Origin: Gracilinanus agilis
Lineage: Eukaryota
Direction: 5' to 3'
Length of the DNA stretch: 64,000 nucleotides
Assembly (NCBI RefSeq): GCF_016433145.1
Contig: NC_058132.1
Span: 88,677,392 to 88,741,391 of the forward strand
Both the position numbers and the translations under genes were made by a program. This document shows positions 10,993-23,557 of the stretch, piece by piece. The notes beneath the pieces were generated by a model. It made no database searches, had not been told where the DNA came from, and saw only the letters and a list, made by a program, of their open reading frames with translations. Position 1 is the first letter of the stretch. Each line of letters opens with the position of its first letter.

Positions 10993-11719
10993 TGCTTGAA
11001 GTTTTAAAGTGAGCTTCTGAGACATAAAGACTTATTAAAGAATAGATGCCATTCCACAAATAACAGAGACAATGTTTAACCAATTTATTATAAAAAATTC
11101 TCTACATCTTTTCAAATCCTCTCCACCAATATTCCACTTAACACAAGAGTAAAGAGGATAAGAAACCAAGTTCCCCAAGTTAGCCTTCTAATCTACTCAG
11201 CCTCTTTCTTCCCTCTTCATTTTGACACCAAGGGATAGTTTAAGAGCAAGGGTAATTATGAACACCTGGGGAATTCTTCAGAGGCACATCTTGATGCTGC
11301 CATTGGAACGTAGGATGATTATGTAATCTACGAATTTCTTATTACCCCTTTGGAACAAATGAGATATTTTCAATTTATCTCACCTTTTGGGGAAAACATA
11401 ATTCCTAGATTTATTCTTCCTCAAGTAGAATATGATATTTTTGCATGTTCAATCAACTCCTCCACCATTCCTCGCAATCAAAAACCAAAATTGAACACAT
11501 CTCCAGACCTGGTCTTTTCCAGCTCTTTTCTCTCACTTGTGTAGGAAATAGAATAACCCCCCAAACTCCAGCTGGGAACCATATCATTTGTTTTATTGGC
11601 CATCCTTCCTCTGGTGATACCTTTTTGGCCAAAATGGTAAATTGAAAGTCTTAAGTCTTAAGGAGACAATTCACAATAACTTCCAGGATGACTTTGAGAG
11701 CTCAGAGTACATCATATTA

Positions 11720-11920
11720 TAATGAGTCACTATGGATAGAGTGCTGGGCCTGGGTCATGAAGATTTGAGCTTAAGTCAAGCCAGAGACACTTAATAGGTG
11801 TAATACCCTGATGTTAGTTGTATCTCTAAAATGAGGATCCAATTGTTGAAGGTCAAATGAGGTAATGAATATAAAGTGTTTGTCAGAGTGCTTATCACAT
11901 AGTAAGTGCTATTTAGATTC
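11720..11920 (+). mobile_element. MIR SINE
   Basis: ggatagagtgctgggcctgg..aagatttgag..gccagagacacttaa..aaaatgagg..caaatgaggtaatg..cacatagtaagtgct. Confidence 0.7.
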
Positions 11921-12849
11921 TTAATTTTATATTCTAAGCATTATATGAATTACTTTTCTATTAGATACTTTACCACATGAACACTCATAACACAGCACCA
12001 TCTTATATTGCTACATTGCTTGCTTTTTACATTTTGTCAATTACTCTAGTAGAGCTCATGAATCCTGTCAATTTACCACTCTTTCAAATCATGGAGGAAA
12101 ATGGAAGGCGAGATTCAGAATAGTATTATCTCAGAGATTAGCTATTCTAAATGGCATCTGGGCAGTATAGTGCCCTGATAACTGATTTTTAGTCTCCCAC
12201 TTGAGAACTTCCATTGACAGGGAACTAATTCTTTAAGCATTAAAGATTTAAGAGGTAGAAGGGGTCTTCTGACAAGATGCCATTTGTAATATTACAGACA
12301 TAAAAACAAAATTAGAAAGGTTTACTGAACTGTCTAAATTCACATGGTATTAAGTGGGGTGGAATCTGAATTCAGTTACTTTGTCTCTAAATGCAGTACT
12401 ATTGAAACATCTTATTCCAATTTTGCATATCTAGAATTTTTGAAAAATATTTACAATATGAAAAAATCTGTTTCCCTGTAAACTAGAGCAAGTAATTTTC
12501 AAGAAGTTTGAGACTAATTTTCATGGAAATCCTATTTTACATGGTGGTTGAGTTAGAAAACTAAAACATAAAAGCCTACTTAATTCTTAACTATTTAATT
12601 ATAATATTTCTAATGATAGGCTGAATTCTGGATCTTGGGAGTAAAGGGCCTTGCCATGAAATATAGAAAAGATGACAGTCAATATGGTGCATATTTGCTT
12701 CCATAGAAGCAGAGGCTGGAGGATCTCTTGACCTTGGAAGTTATAAGCTTCAATAGATGAAGCCTAATGGATAACTGCAATGTTGGGTTTTCATTTGGTG
12801 AACCTATAAGAATACCAGATTGTTACTCTCAAGTAATTCTTACTTCACT

Positions 12850-14000
12850 TATTAACCATTTCCTTCATTTCATCTTCTTATTTAAGAATCTTGAAGGTAT
12901 CCAACAAACTTGATATCCTCTGAATACTCTTCAAATTAAGAAAGTTCCCTTTGACTTCTTGGATTCAGTGATTTTATAAATCTGTGATGCTCTAATCTAA
13001 GTCATATTTCCCCATCTCATTCAAAAGAATGACATGAAAAAATTAGTTAAAATGTTCTGATGAAATCTAGGTAAACTTGATCTAGATCAATCAAGGTTTC
13101 ATAATATTTTTGAACCCTTTGAGCAAGTGATGAAGCTTATGGACATTTTCTCTAAATAATGCTTTTTAAATAATTGAAGAAAATATTCATTTTTAGTTAG
13201 GAGCATGTAAGTAAGAAATGCAATATTTTCCATCTAAGTTCAAGCATGGTCTAAAAGCTATCAATGAAGCCACTTGTAATTCATGAATCCCAGGTTAAGA
13301 AATCCCCAACTAGATAGCATTTACTTGACCAATTTCAAAGAATAATCTCCTTGCTATAGAAAACAGTAAAAAATACATTCAGAGTAGCTCTATGTTCTCT
13401 ACATTAGTTGTTAACATAGTCCCATCTGCATTAAGCCATCTTATCTCTTTATCTTCCTTTTATCCTTTTTAAAAAAAATATTTGTCATCCTTTCAGGTCC
13501 TTGCCAGACAACTTACATTATAATAGAACATGGTAAATGTTCTATTATAAATATTCTATCCTGCTTCCTGCTTTGCTTTTATCTCTCATAAATATGTTTT
13601 ATCTTACCTTGGTGGATAGTTCCATCTATATATTATCTAATTTAGTCAACTCTTCTTTTTATTCCTCAGCTGATTTTTTTTCTCTTTATACCGTCATTAT
13701 TGGAACATCTCATCAGAATGCTTCAGGAGTATTTGAAAAAGTGCATCTTTTGTAATAAACAAGTTATCCTCTTGGACTTTGCCTTCATAACTAATGAAAT
13801 GCCTTTCTCTTTGGCTGATTATTTTCCCCCCTTCTACCTCTAACTCAATTGTATAATCCAGTATGGTCCTGTGTTCCCATGATTTTATGAACTATCTTTC
13901 TGTGACCAACTTCTCTTGTATAATGATAGGCCAGGATAAATCATCCTTTTTTTGCATCTTTGAAACATCTTCCCTAAATTCATACATAAGGGGAGATTTA
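12850..14000 (-). mobile_element. Old CR1/L3 LINE fragment, interrupted by a DNA transposon
   Basis: ctgatgaaatctaggtaaacttgatcta|...|gcatttacttga resembles antisense L3 RT sequence. Heavily diverged; boundaries approximate. Confidence 0.45.
13090..13308. mobile_element. hAT-Charlie-type non-autonomous DNA transposon
   Basis: caaggtttcataa..gaaccctttg.caag..gtgaagcttatggac..aataatgctttttaaat.. ending caggttaagaaatcccc (TIR-like), with CTAGAT on both flanks. Confidence 0.55.
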
Positions 14001-14619
14001 TGACTTTTCCTGGTGGAATGAAGATGTGAGAGATATGACACCTGGTGAGATGGTAAAGATGAGGGATGTGTTTTTAATAGAGCTGATGATTCTCACTGGT
14101 TCCAGGGACTCTAGATCACATTCTGTTTTCCAAACAAGTTTGATTATTTATTTATGCCAAATATTATTTTCAGTTCCATCCTCAGCTTCCAGCCAATGTT
14201 CTCATTCACATTTAAATGACCTGGAAAGGAATCCTAGGAACATTTCATCCTGATCCTCCAACAATTTCACATAATTCCTTCTCTGGTTGCCCCAGAAGTC
14301 TATTCAGGGCCAATAGCAAGGTCACAGAAATCTAGAAAATGCTGAGAATTCTTTCTGGTTAATAGAGAAATCAGTGGCTTTCCCAATTACCATGGCAAAG
14401 AATTCAGCTTGGGCAAGTCTATTCCATGAATGCATTATAAAATTGAGAGAGAGGACAAAATGTTGTAAGAGATATGAAAAGAGAGGCATACTTATACACT
14501 TTTGATACATCTATGCACTGGCCATCCTTTCTGGAATATAATCTTGATTTATGTTAAAATAATCTTGAACTTGACCAAATTCTCACTGTTAGGTCTATCC
14601 CTCAAGGAAGTCAATGAAA

Positions 14620-14804
14620 ACAGAAAAAATCTCTCACATGCTAGAATATTTAGAATATTTGTAGTCACAAAGAGCTAAAAAAGTATAGTAGATATCTGTT
14701 TATTATGGAATGACTAAAGAGATTGTGGTACGTGATATAATGGAATATTACTCTGCTATAAGAAATTATAAATGTGTTAAATATAGAAAATCATGGGAAG
14801 ATAT
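14620..14804 (+). mobile_element. Old L1 ORF2 C-terminal fragment, split by a solo LTR (resumes at 15917)
   Basis: ttgtggtac..aatggaatattactctgctataagaaat..tgggaagatat|LTR|atatgaactgatgcaaatgaa. Confidence 0.7.
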
Positions 14805-15916
14805 TGTAATAAGGGACTAAAACAAGTGGATGGGGTTTGTGGGTCCCTAAGTCAGTAGGTGGGTAAGGAGGGTACAATAGTGGAGGTAGTAGATTGAGGT
14901 GGTAGGAGACATGTAAGGGAATGGCTGAGTTTAGGGAAATATAAGATGAAGTATAATAAGCAGCAAGGAGAGATGATGAGGTAATTGGCCAGGAAGCTGC
15001 AATAGGGAGACACAAACTGAGTACACAGGCTTGAGACAGAGTACACTGAAGGGAAACAGGCTGAACCCTTCCAGGTAGGAGGGGCATTTCTACAGACAAA
15101 GGTTAGGGCCAGTCATAAATGGTTTGAAACTAACTAGAGGGCTTTCTAGTCAGTTTCCCAAGTTCACAAAGAAAGAGTCCCAAAGTTCTTCCCTGTCTGT
15201 GAAATAGAAAGGCTTCTCAGAGGGAAGTATAGAGATCACCACTTCCTCCAAGATGGACGCCTTCAGCTGCCCTCAGGAACCACAGAGAAATAATTCCTTT
15301 CTCTCCTTAACCCTCTTATATCATTCAACCAATGATTTAGCAAAAGGTTTGATTAAATAACAACAGGGTTTATTAGGTTTCAGGGTTGATTATAAAAGAC
15401 AGAGGGATACAAGGTTTCTCTAACAACCACCTAGGGAGAAGCTCCAGGTAGGGGAGGGACACAGGAATGGGAGACTGAGAAAGAGCCTGCTCCCTCTCAG
15501 CCCAGGAAGATTTTGTTGCCTTTAAGGTTAGGGAAGTTATACACAATGAATCAGGAGATAGTTTGTATCAAGGGTAAGCCCTACTTGTCTATGGGGAAAA
15601 CCTAAGTCTTCAAAGTTTGATTGCTACCACCCAAAATCCCAGATTTCTCCCAAAACCCACAGGAAATTAGGAAAGGAAATGGGGATTGAAATAAGGAAGG
15701 TCAGGGAGATCCAGAGGAATTATCTAAGCTACAAAATCTCAAGAGAAAAGGTACAGATTCAAGGCCAGATTTCAGCCCAAAGACCAAGCTCAGTTGCCCT
15801 TCCACTCTGTCCAAGCCTCCGGGATCAACTGCTCTTAGTCAGAGTTCTAAGCCCTTTTAGCTGTCAGAAATTCTGCAGTTAGCATTTTGCAGGGTTGATT
15901 GAACCTCTGCACTACA
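14805..15916. mobile_element. Solo LTR (ERV1-like), 1112 bp
   Basis: TGTAAT...ACTACA termini, 4-bp TSD ATAT (14801-4 / 15917-20), cleanly splits an L1 motif. Confidence 0.75.
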
Positions 15917-16024
15917 ATATGAACTGATGCAAATGAAGTAATATATTATATATTGAAATGCAAATGAAGTAATAAATTATATATAAACATATATCTACCT
16001 ATATATCTATAAATCTATATGTTT

Positions 16025-16270
16025 ATATGTATATATAAAATATCACAGGGGCATGCTGAAACCAGCTTATAATGGTTTATGAAAGAAAATTGTGAAATTT
16101 TCATTATGATCATTTATACTTTAGAAATTGGCAAATGCCACAATTCAAGGTTTGACATTGTTTTGTTGATTGTATAGACTTAATAAAGTAATTGAGAAAA
16201 TGTTAATAATACAGAAAAAATATAAAAGTGTGTCATGTATATTTTCCCAAGAGAACTGGTTTTTAAACTG
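16025..16270 (+). mobile_element. MER63-like hAT DNA transposon remnant
   Basis: caggggcatgctgaaaccagc..tgtgaaattttca..gaaattggcaaatg..ttgttttgttgattgt.tagactta..gagaaaatgttaataat..aaaagtgtgtc. Confidence 0.6.
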
Positions 16271-16889
16271 CCTTTTTTGGTTTATGAAACTTTATTAAAG
16301 AAAAAGCAACCAAAAGGAGAACTATTAGATGATCATTCATCCATTAACAATTTGCATCATTTACACAGTGATATATTAAGTCATGTCTTAAAATGTAGAT
16401 TAACAGCTTCAAGCAAAAGTCCAAGATGTTATTTTGAAATACAAGGGGATTTTGACTCCCAATTTCCATTCTCTGTGGAAAAAGAATTGATTATTTCTTT
16501 GTTGGCATACATAAAATATATTTTTTATTCTTCTGATGCTATAAATTCAGTACTCATTGCCCAGTCATATCAGTTATTAGAATATCATGAAATCCCAAAT
16601 CTCTATCAGTAAAGGGCTTAAATAATATGATGCTTCTACAAAAATTTGGCTCTTTTCAGCTTTTTCCATTTTTCTTCTCCCTCTCCACCAGGATATTTAG
16701 AGCATATGTTAAAGCACTAAGAAATGGTTTTATTCTCATAACCATTTCAAATTGAAAACACTAGCCACATAATATACATATTCCATATTTTAAAAATTCT
16801 GAATTTTGGCAATTCTTTAGTAACAACAATTTCTAAAAGTTATTATCTAAAGCTAGAAAAAATATTTCCCCTCATTTAATTTTACGCAT

Positions 16890-17279
16890 TATATATATAT
16901 ATATATATATATATATNNNNNNNNNNNNNNNNNNNNNNNNNNNNNNNNNNNNNNNNNNNNNNNNNNNNNNNNNNNNNNNNNNNNNNNNNNNNNNNNNNNN
17001 NNNNNNNNNNNNNNNNNNNNNNNNNNNNNNNNNNNNNNNNNNNNNNNNNNNNNNNNNNNNNNNNNNNNNNNNNNNNNNNNNNNNNNNNNNNNNNNNNNNN
17101 NNNNNNNNNNNNNNNNNNNNNNNNNNNNNNNNNNNNNNNNNNNNNNNNNNNNNNNNNNNNNNNNNNNNNNNNNNNNNNNNNNNNNNNNNNNNNNNNNNNN
17201 NNNNNNNNNNNNNNNNNNNNNNNNNNNNNNNNNNNNNNNNNNNNNNNNNNNNNNNNNNNNNNNNNNNNNNNNNNNNNNN

Positions 17280-17317
<38 letters not shown>
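16890..17317. other. Assembly gap (N 16917-17279) between (TA)n and (GA)n microsatellites
   Basis: 363 N flanked by simple repeats. Confidence 0.98.
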
Positions 17318-18429
17318 GGGGGGGGGCGGGAGACACAAACACACTTTAAATCTTCTCAGAGGAGCAGGTGCAAGATGGAGGGAGATACATAAAAGTAAAG
17401 AAAAAATGAAAAGGCTGAGATATGACAGAGAAATAACCATAGAAGAAACTCAAAAAAGAGCAAAAACAAGCAATAATTTAAAATTAATTCAAGTTTCACA
17501 CAAGGCAGGCTACTCTGATTTTGTATTAGTATCACTTAGAAATATCTGAGATTATTGTAAGATATTCTGATGAACTTGTCTCTTTCACAAATGCATGTAC
17601 TCTCCGACACTATGGGGTCATCTGGATTTGTATCACGTATTAGTAAAAGGATGAAAGAATTTTAGAACTAGCTAACACTGAAGACCACTGTGGTCTTAAG
17701 ATTATTGAAACAAATGACATTACTCTCAATTTTTAGATGACAAAGTCTTGGAAATACAACCTTAGGTGGTTTAAAGGGATACTCTTTAGGAAAAAAGAAT
17801 TGTAAAAAAATAAAATAAAACAAAATACACCATTTTAACTGAACTGAACTGTCATTAGATTTCTTAATTGTGGTTTGCTAAAAAAATGTCATCCTCAAGT
17901 GAATCTTTGCTGGAGAGTTATTGCCCTAAACAATAAATTGTGTATTAATCAGTTCAGAACAGTAGTGTGTAATTCTTTTCCTCTGACTTCACACTCTCTG
18001 GGTGGGCAGATGGAGCCAGTGCAGGCAAAGAATGATTATTCAGGAAGGTGGAAAGGAGGTTGGGTGAGTGGATGACTTTTCTCACACTCACTCTTTCCAA
18101 CGTCTTTGCAGAGGGGCTAGAATCTGGGCCACCACCTGCATCCCTCCAAGAGCAAGGCAACTGGTATCTCCTCAACCCTATGGTACACAGAGGCACCACA
18201 GAGCTGCAAGATGTCCCCTCTGATTGAAACAGTTTTTACTGGTTTTACCAGCACACTTCTAAAAATGATTTAAACAATATAAATGGAAAGAACAACAATT
18301 AAATTGTCTAAATTGTTGGAAGGGGTAGGAGCCAATTGTTGGGGACCCAACTGGTCAGTGTTTTTGGAACTCAATAGATTAGGTCAAAAGAATTGCCGAA
18401 GTAACAAAAAACCATAAAATATTTCAATT

Positions 18430-18905
18430 TTCTAGAAATATACAAAACTCTCATGAGGAAAACTAAACAATAGAAGTAATTAGAGTAATATAGCAAATTA
18501 TAAATTAAACTATATAGCTAAAGCAACACCAGTCAAAAATCCAATTAGATGGCAATGGAATTTAAATAGAAAAATAATTAGAAAAGAATAACAAATAGTA
18601 TTTTTTAAAAAGCTGATAAAGGAGATTTTGCATTCCAAGATTTAAAAAAATATTATAAAGAGACATTAACATAAAAATTAACTGCTATTAAACTAAAAAA
18701 ACAAAGCAAAACAAGAAAAATAGATCAGTGAACTAGAATGAGATATCTCTATTGCATTTCATATTTGATAAGCCTATAAATATAACACTAGAGAAGAGAC
18801 TTCATTTAGTAAGAGAAGTCGGAAATATTATTTAGTAATTTCACGAGACATTGAAAAAACTGACTTGGAACTACATTTCACACCTTATATCACAGTGAAT
18901 TTCTA
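18430..18905 (+). mobile_element. Highly diverged L1 ORF2 fragment
   Basis: gcaacaccagtcaaaaatcc..ttgcattccaagattt..tattataaag..atagatcagtgaactagaat..tttcacaccttatatcaca. Confidence 0.55.
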
Positions 18906-18942
18906 CTGAAGAAGGATAAACAAAAGATAAACAAATGAACTC

Positions 18943-19856
18943 TGTAAAAAGAGGCTCCTTCAGTTGGAGGATGGGTAAGCGAGAAAAAGATCTGAGTGGA
19001 ATTCCTCTCTCTCACCACAGGAATCCTCTAATTACTTGGGAGGTTATTTGATGATGGCTTCCCTAAATGAAATGACTTGATCTACTTCTGCTGCTCTGTA
19101 CTTGAAGAAAGCAGGGTTTCTCTGTGGTTTGAGATATTTCTTATCTTTCTGTTGAAGTTCTTAGCCAGAGATAGCTGGAGAAACCTCCCCACACCAACAC
19201 CTCTCTCCAACTGAAAATCAGTTGGAAAATGGTGGATCATCTTCAGGTAGGCAGAAGGTTTGCTTCACTCCTTGATAACTTTGCCAAATGAACTAGGAAC
19301 ACTATCTGACTTTGTAATTAACTTTTAATAACAGGAATTGATTAGAGGGAAGTTGGCAGGGTTAAGGAAAGAGGGAGTAAGGGAATGGCTAGTTATTTCT
19401 TTGTTAAATCCTAGAGTCCAAGGCCTGGCCAAGGCTGAAGCCCAAGCTAAATCCCTCTCACCCCTCCCACTAAAATCCTTATTCCTAGCTATCTTGAAAT
19501 GGATTAGAAGTCACTAGGGGGATAATTGGTAGTGGAAAATTGAGGGTAAGCAGTTGTAGGAAAATAGGCTCTCAAAAGAGTCTCTGAATCTCTAAGTTGA
19601 AGCAGTGATGTAGAATCAGTCTTGGCAAGAACCGAATATGGCTGTTGGGACTGTTGTCCAGGGACAACAAAGGGTTAGAACAGGCTTTCCTCAGGACATG
19701 CTGTCATTCACCTCCATCTCCTTTGCAGCTCCCAAAACCAACTCCTCCCTTGCTTTGATGGGGGGGTTCCCCCTTTTATCCTACTGGTTCCAACAGATTT
19801 CAACTGATCCTGCTTCATGGGGTTCTGCTGTAGCCCCCTATAATTCCATTTTTACA
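18943..19856 (-). mobile_element. Solo LTR, 914 bp
   Basis: Perfect 8-bp inverted termini TGTAAAAA...TTTTTACA and TSD actc/acta. On the minus strand, gataaaa (about 19775) precedes ATTAAA (19324-19329). Confidence 0.7.
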
Positions 19857-20277
19857 ACTATAAAATAGAAGAAAAATTCTCAAATTGTCAAAATTCTGGA
19901 TGGGAGTTTTTTTCTATTAAGCAAAAAGAAGGATATATTAGAGGAAAATGAGGCATAATTGGTTATATTTAAATTTAAAAATACAACAAAATCCAAAGTT
20001 TCACACTTCAAATATTAATCACTTGATATCAATCATTAAGATTTAATTAGCTTTTAGAAAATGATATTTACAAAGGTAGTATATATGTGGCACAAAAGTA
20101 TATAAAATATATTTTGTGATAGCATTCAAACCCCTGTCCTCTATCAAAATCTCTGACACATTTTTCCCACAAGTATATATAGCATCTAGGGAAAATGAGC
20201 CCAAGTTTAGAACACATGTAACAATATAATTCCAGGAAGTCCCTTTGCTGGGATCCTTAGGATATTCACTTTCCATT

Positions 20278-20761
20278 TTGTTGTTGTGCAGTTGAATAAG
20301 TTGTGTCTTACTTTTAGTGATTCTCTTTGGGGTTTTCTTGGCAAAGATACTGGAGTGGTTTGTCATTTCCTTCTTCAGCTCATTTCACAGGTGAGAATAT
20401 TGAGGCAAACAGGGTTAAGTGACTTGCCTAGGTCATATAGCTAATAAGTATCTGAAAACCAATTTGAATTAGTCTTTCTGAATCAAGGCCCAGAACTCTA
20501 TCCACTGAGCCACCTAGCTGCCCTAAAATTGTTGTTGATGTTTTCAGTAGTGTCTGACTCTTTGTCAAGACCCCATTTGGGGTTTTCTTTGCAAAGATAC
20601 TGGAGTGGTTTATCATTTCCTTCTTCAGCTATTTTTTACAGATGAGGAAACTGAGGCAAACAGGATGAGGTGACTTGCCCTGGGGCACACAATTAGTAAG
20701 TGTCTGAAGCAGTTTGAACTCAGGAATATGGCACTCTGTCCACTGGGCCAGCTAGCTGGCC
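20278..20761 (-). mobile_element. Two tandem MAR1-type SINEs (shared with copy 2)
   Basis: Two successive ggggttttcttggcaaagatactggagtggttt..catttccttct.cagctc..ttttacagatgaggaaactgaggcaaacagg units. Confidence 0.85.
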
Positions 20762-22513
20762 ATTCACTCTAAATAGGGCAAAATTTTTCTGCTAGGCTTA
20801 TTGTATAACCTTGAATCTTCCTTTCCTTATTTCATCAGGTTTATACTTAGCTCCAAAGGCAGAGACTACCATCATAAGTTTGTTACAAGAGTAATGGAAG
20901 GATGCTGATGAGAAGGTTCAAATTCTCTGACTCTCCATCGTTTATAAGGCTTTCTTTTCTATCCTGAGGAGATAGGAAAAGCATGAAGGAGACTGAGATC
21001 CTTGCCTCCCTTCAGTGATTCTTTCTCAGGACCACATGGCTAAAGGCACTTTTACCCTGAAAAATGTTCAGATTTCTATAATTCCAAAATAGCTCATTAG
21101 TTTTTAAAAAAAGCCCCATGGATTGTAACAAATCCAAAATAGATATCATTTTCAAATTCACTGTAGTTCACTAAATTACAAACATCTAAATTCATGAAGG
21201 ACTTCCCCACACTTTGTCTAAAGTTTATGATTGATTGAATAGAGAAGTGTTGCCACCTGTTTGAAGTATTAAGACAGAGCATCCTTAAGAGGGGTGGGAG
21301 ATTTGATTGAGTCAGTCAACCCCTCCTTCTACTCTGCCATAAGTTACTCTGATCTCTCAATGATGTTTCTGTTGATGGAGACACAATGAAGCCTAAAATC
21401 TGGGAATGAAATTTTCAATATTTGAGTGCTTTATATGGGGTTTCCTTTTACTTTTCTCACATGATTCTGTCTCTTGGACCACATGAGTTTGAGAGGATCG
21501 GTTTTCCCATCCAAATTCCATCCTTCTAAATAGAAAACATGGACTTAGTCTTAGATGTCTGGACAATTTGGGTCATTTATAGAGAAGATTTCTTTGACCT
21601 CTTCAGTTTTTCTCCTTTCTCAATTTTTCTTGGATTATACTTATCCACAAACCTATTCTATCTTGAAAATTGTTAGTGATAAATTCATTTGGAATCAAGA
21701 ATTCATATTTTATGTTACATCTCTATTATATTATCTGTTCTCCCCATTTATACTCAAAGATGTTCTCAAACACCTCAACTTTTAAATGAGAAAGATTTTT
21801 CCCCAGTTTTTGTTTGTTTCTTTTGTCCTGAAATGAAAGAAAAAAAATAGTAAGAAGATGGGGCCCAGAATAGGGGAGAAGTTTTTTAATCTTTTCATGT
21901 TTAAAAAGCCACGTTTTCCCATAAATTTTTAAGTAAATTCAGTTATTAAGGTAAACATATATGTATGTACATATACATAGACATTTCCATAAGTAATGAA
22001 TACTCTTGGAGGTCCTGGATTTCTCATATTATCAGTTCTCAATGTTTGTGGGAGTAATATTCCTATAAAATAGCATGAAAGTAAAAATTACAAGTGTCAA
22101 CACTTTGAGCCTATAAGATATATTGGATTAGGTTTCCATAACAACAAAAAATTATAATTTTTCCTAGAAATTGCTGAAAATATACTTTAGTGCATACAAT
22201 TTTTGTAACAAAACATTTATTCTGATAATATCTACTTCATTTAATACAGTAAACAATGACACAAACATAAAATGCAGCATAGAAATAAAATCAGAGAGAA
22301 AAGAAATCTCTGAGATTGGTAGGGTCTTGACATAGAGTTTGGCACTCTGTCCTTCACAATTGGGGATGGCATTGAAGATCATGAAGAGCACACCTCATTC
22401 ATTTAGAAATTCAGCATTTCAAGGGAACATCTGACTTTATGTTCCCAGTTTCTATGTCAACAAGAGCATGAAGAGTCATATGTGACTGAAATTACTCAAC
22501 AATAACAACTTTT

Positions 22514-22694
22514 TTTTAAACCCTTGTATTTTCGGTGTATTGTCTCATAGGTGGAAGAGTGGTAAGGGTGGGCAATGGGGGTCAAGTGACTTGCCCATGG
22601 TCACACAGCTGGGAAGTGGCTGAGGCCGGGTTTGAACCTAGGACCTCCTGTCTCTAGGCCTGACTCTCACTCCACTGAGCTACCCAGCTGCCCC
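22514..22694 (-). mobile_element. Young SINE1_Mdo, copy-1 specific
   Basis: Intact A box (TAGCTCAGTGG) and B box (GGTTCAAACCC). TSD aataacaactttt at 22501 / 22698. Empty site in copy 2 at about 38406-38422. Confidence 0.92.
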
Positions 22695-22835
22695 AAAAAT
22701 AACAACTTTTGACATCACAGTTATTACTTTTTCACTTGACATACTTAATTTCTAAATGAATGAGGTGGGACCTAGGTCTGAAACTGGGGAATTGTTTCAT
22801 GCCTTTAACTGAGAAATGGAGAGATGAGATAAACA

Positions 22836-22995
22836 TCCCAGGAGATCAGCACTAGAGGCCAGTGGCTAATGGGAGTCTACATAAATTCTCTCCTCCTTCC
22901 ATCCTGACCCTGAAGAACAGCAAGCAGAAGAACCTCCAGATTTTGAGACTGGGATGGAGGGAGAGTAGGAGCATATTGGGTGAGTTAATTAATGA
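22836..22995 (+). promoter_or_regulatory. Candidate OR promoter motifs (O/E-like and homeodomain) upstream of OR51V copy 1
   Basis: TCCCAGGAGA 22836-45, TAATGG 22867, TAATTAATGA 22986-95. Confidence 0.35.
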
Positions 22996-23557
22996 GACAT
23001 TAGGAAGCACAGAAAATAAGAGATAGATTTTGGGGAAAGAAAACAAACCACTCAAAGGTGGAATGGGACTCCTTCTGAGGAGGACATCTTATGTATATCC
23101 ATGTATTCTAAATACACTGAAGAGAAGGACTACTCCTATTTTCATGTAGTTTAATTTAATCTTCCAAGCTGTCCCATCCTTCTGGCATCAGAGAAAATTC
23201 ATCCCTGATACCAAGACAGATCTAAACTCTGTAGTGAAGTCTCACAATTGCCCTCTCACAGAATTTTTTTTTTATTATCTAGTCCCCAGAATTAAAATTT
23301 GAGTCACTGAACTCTTGGATACATCAAAAGCAACAATGCCCTGGTCCAATCTGAGGGTGACAAGGCTTCTTTTTCTTGGAAAATAAAATATATTTCTCAT
23401 AAAGCTACTTAATTATGTCATCTCAGATATCATTAAGGAAGAACTGTGTGTGTTATTCTAAAATTACAATCCAAGGGTGATTTTAAATGGAAGGGAATAA
23501 AGGTTTTTGACATGGACGTAGTCCTTGATTTTACTTTAAAAAGAGAATCCTATACTC

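Noticed and set aside
16872-17440. Long ORFs spanning N runs (also 34046-34403)
   Set aside because: Artefacts of assembly gaps and simple repeats.
19511-19524. CTCF-like TCACTAGGGGGATA in the solo LTR
   Set aside because: Mismatches at the first C and at the core C after GGGGG make it too weak.
22290-22365. Short non-homologous patch between copies (vs about 38172-38265) as a micro-inversion
   Set aside because: The reverse complement shares only a short ccctac-type match; not convincing by eye.
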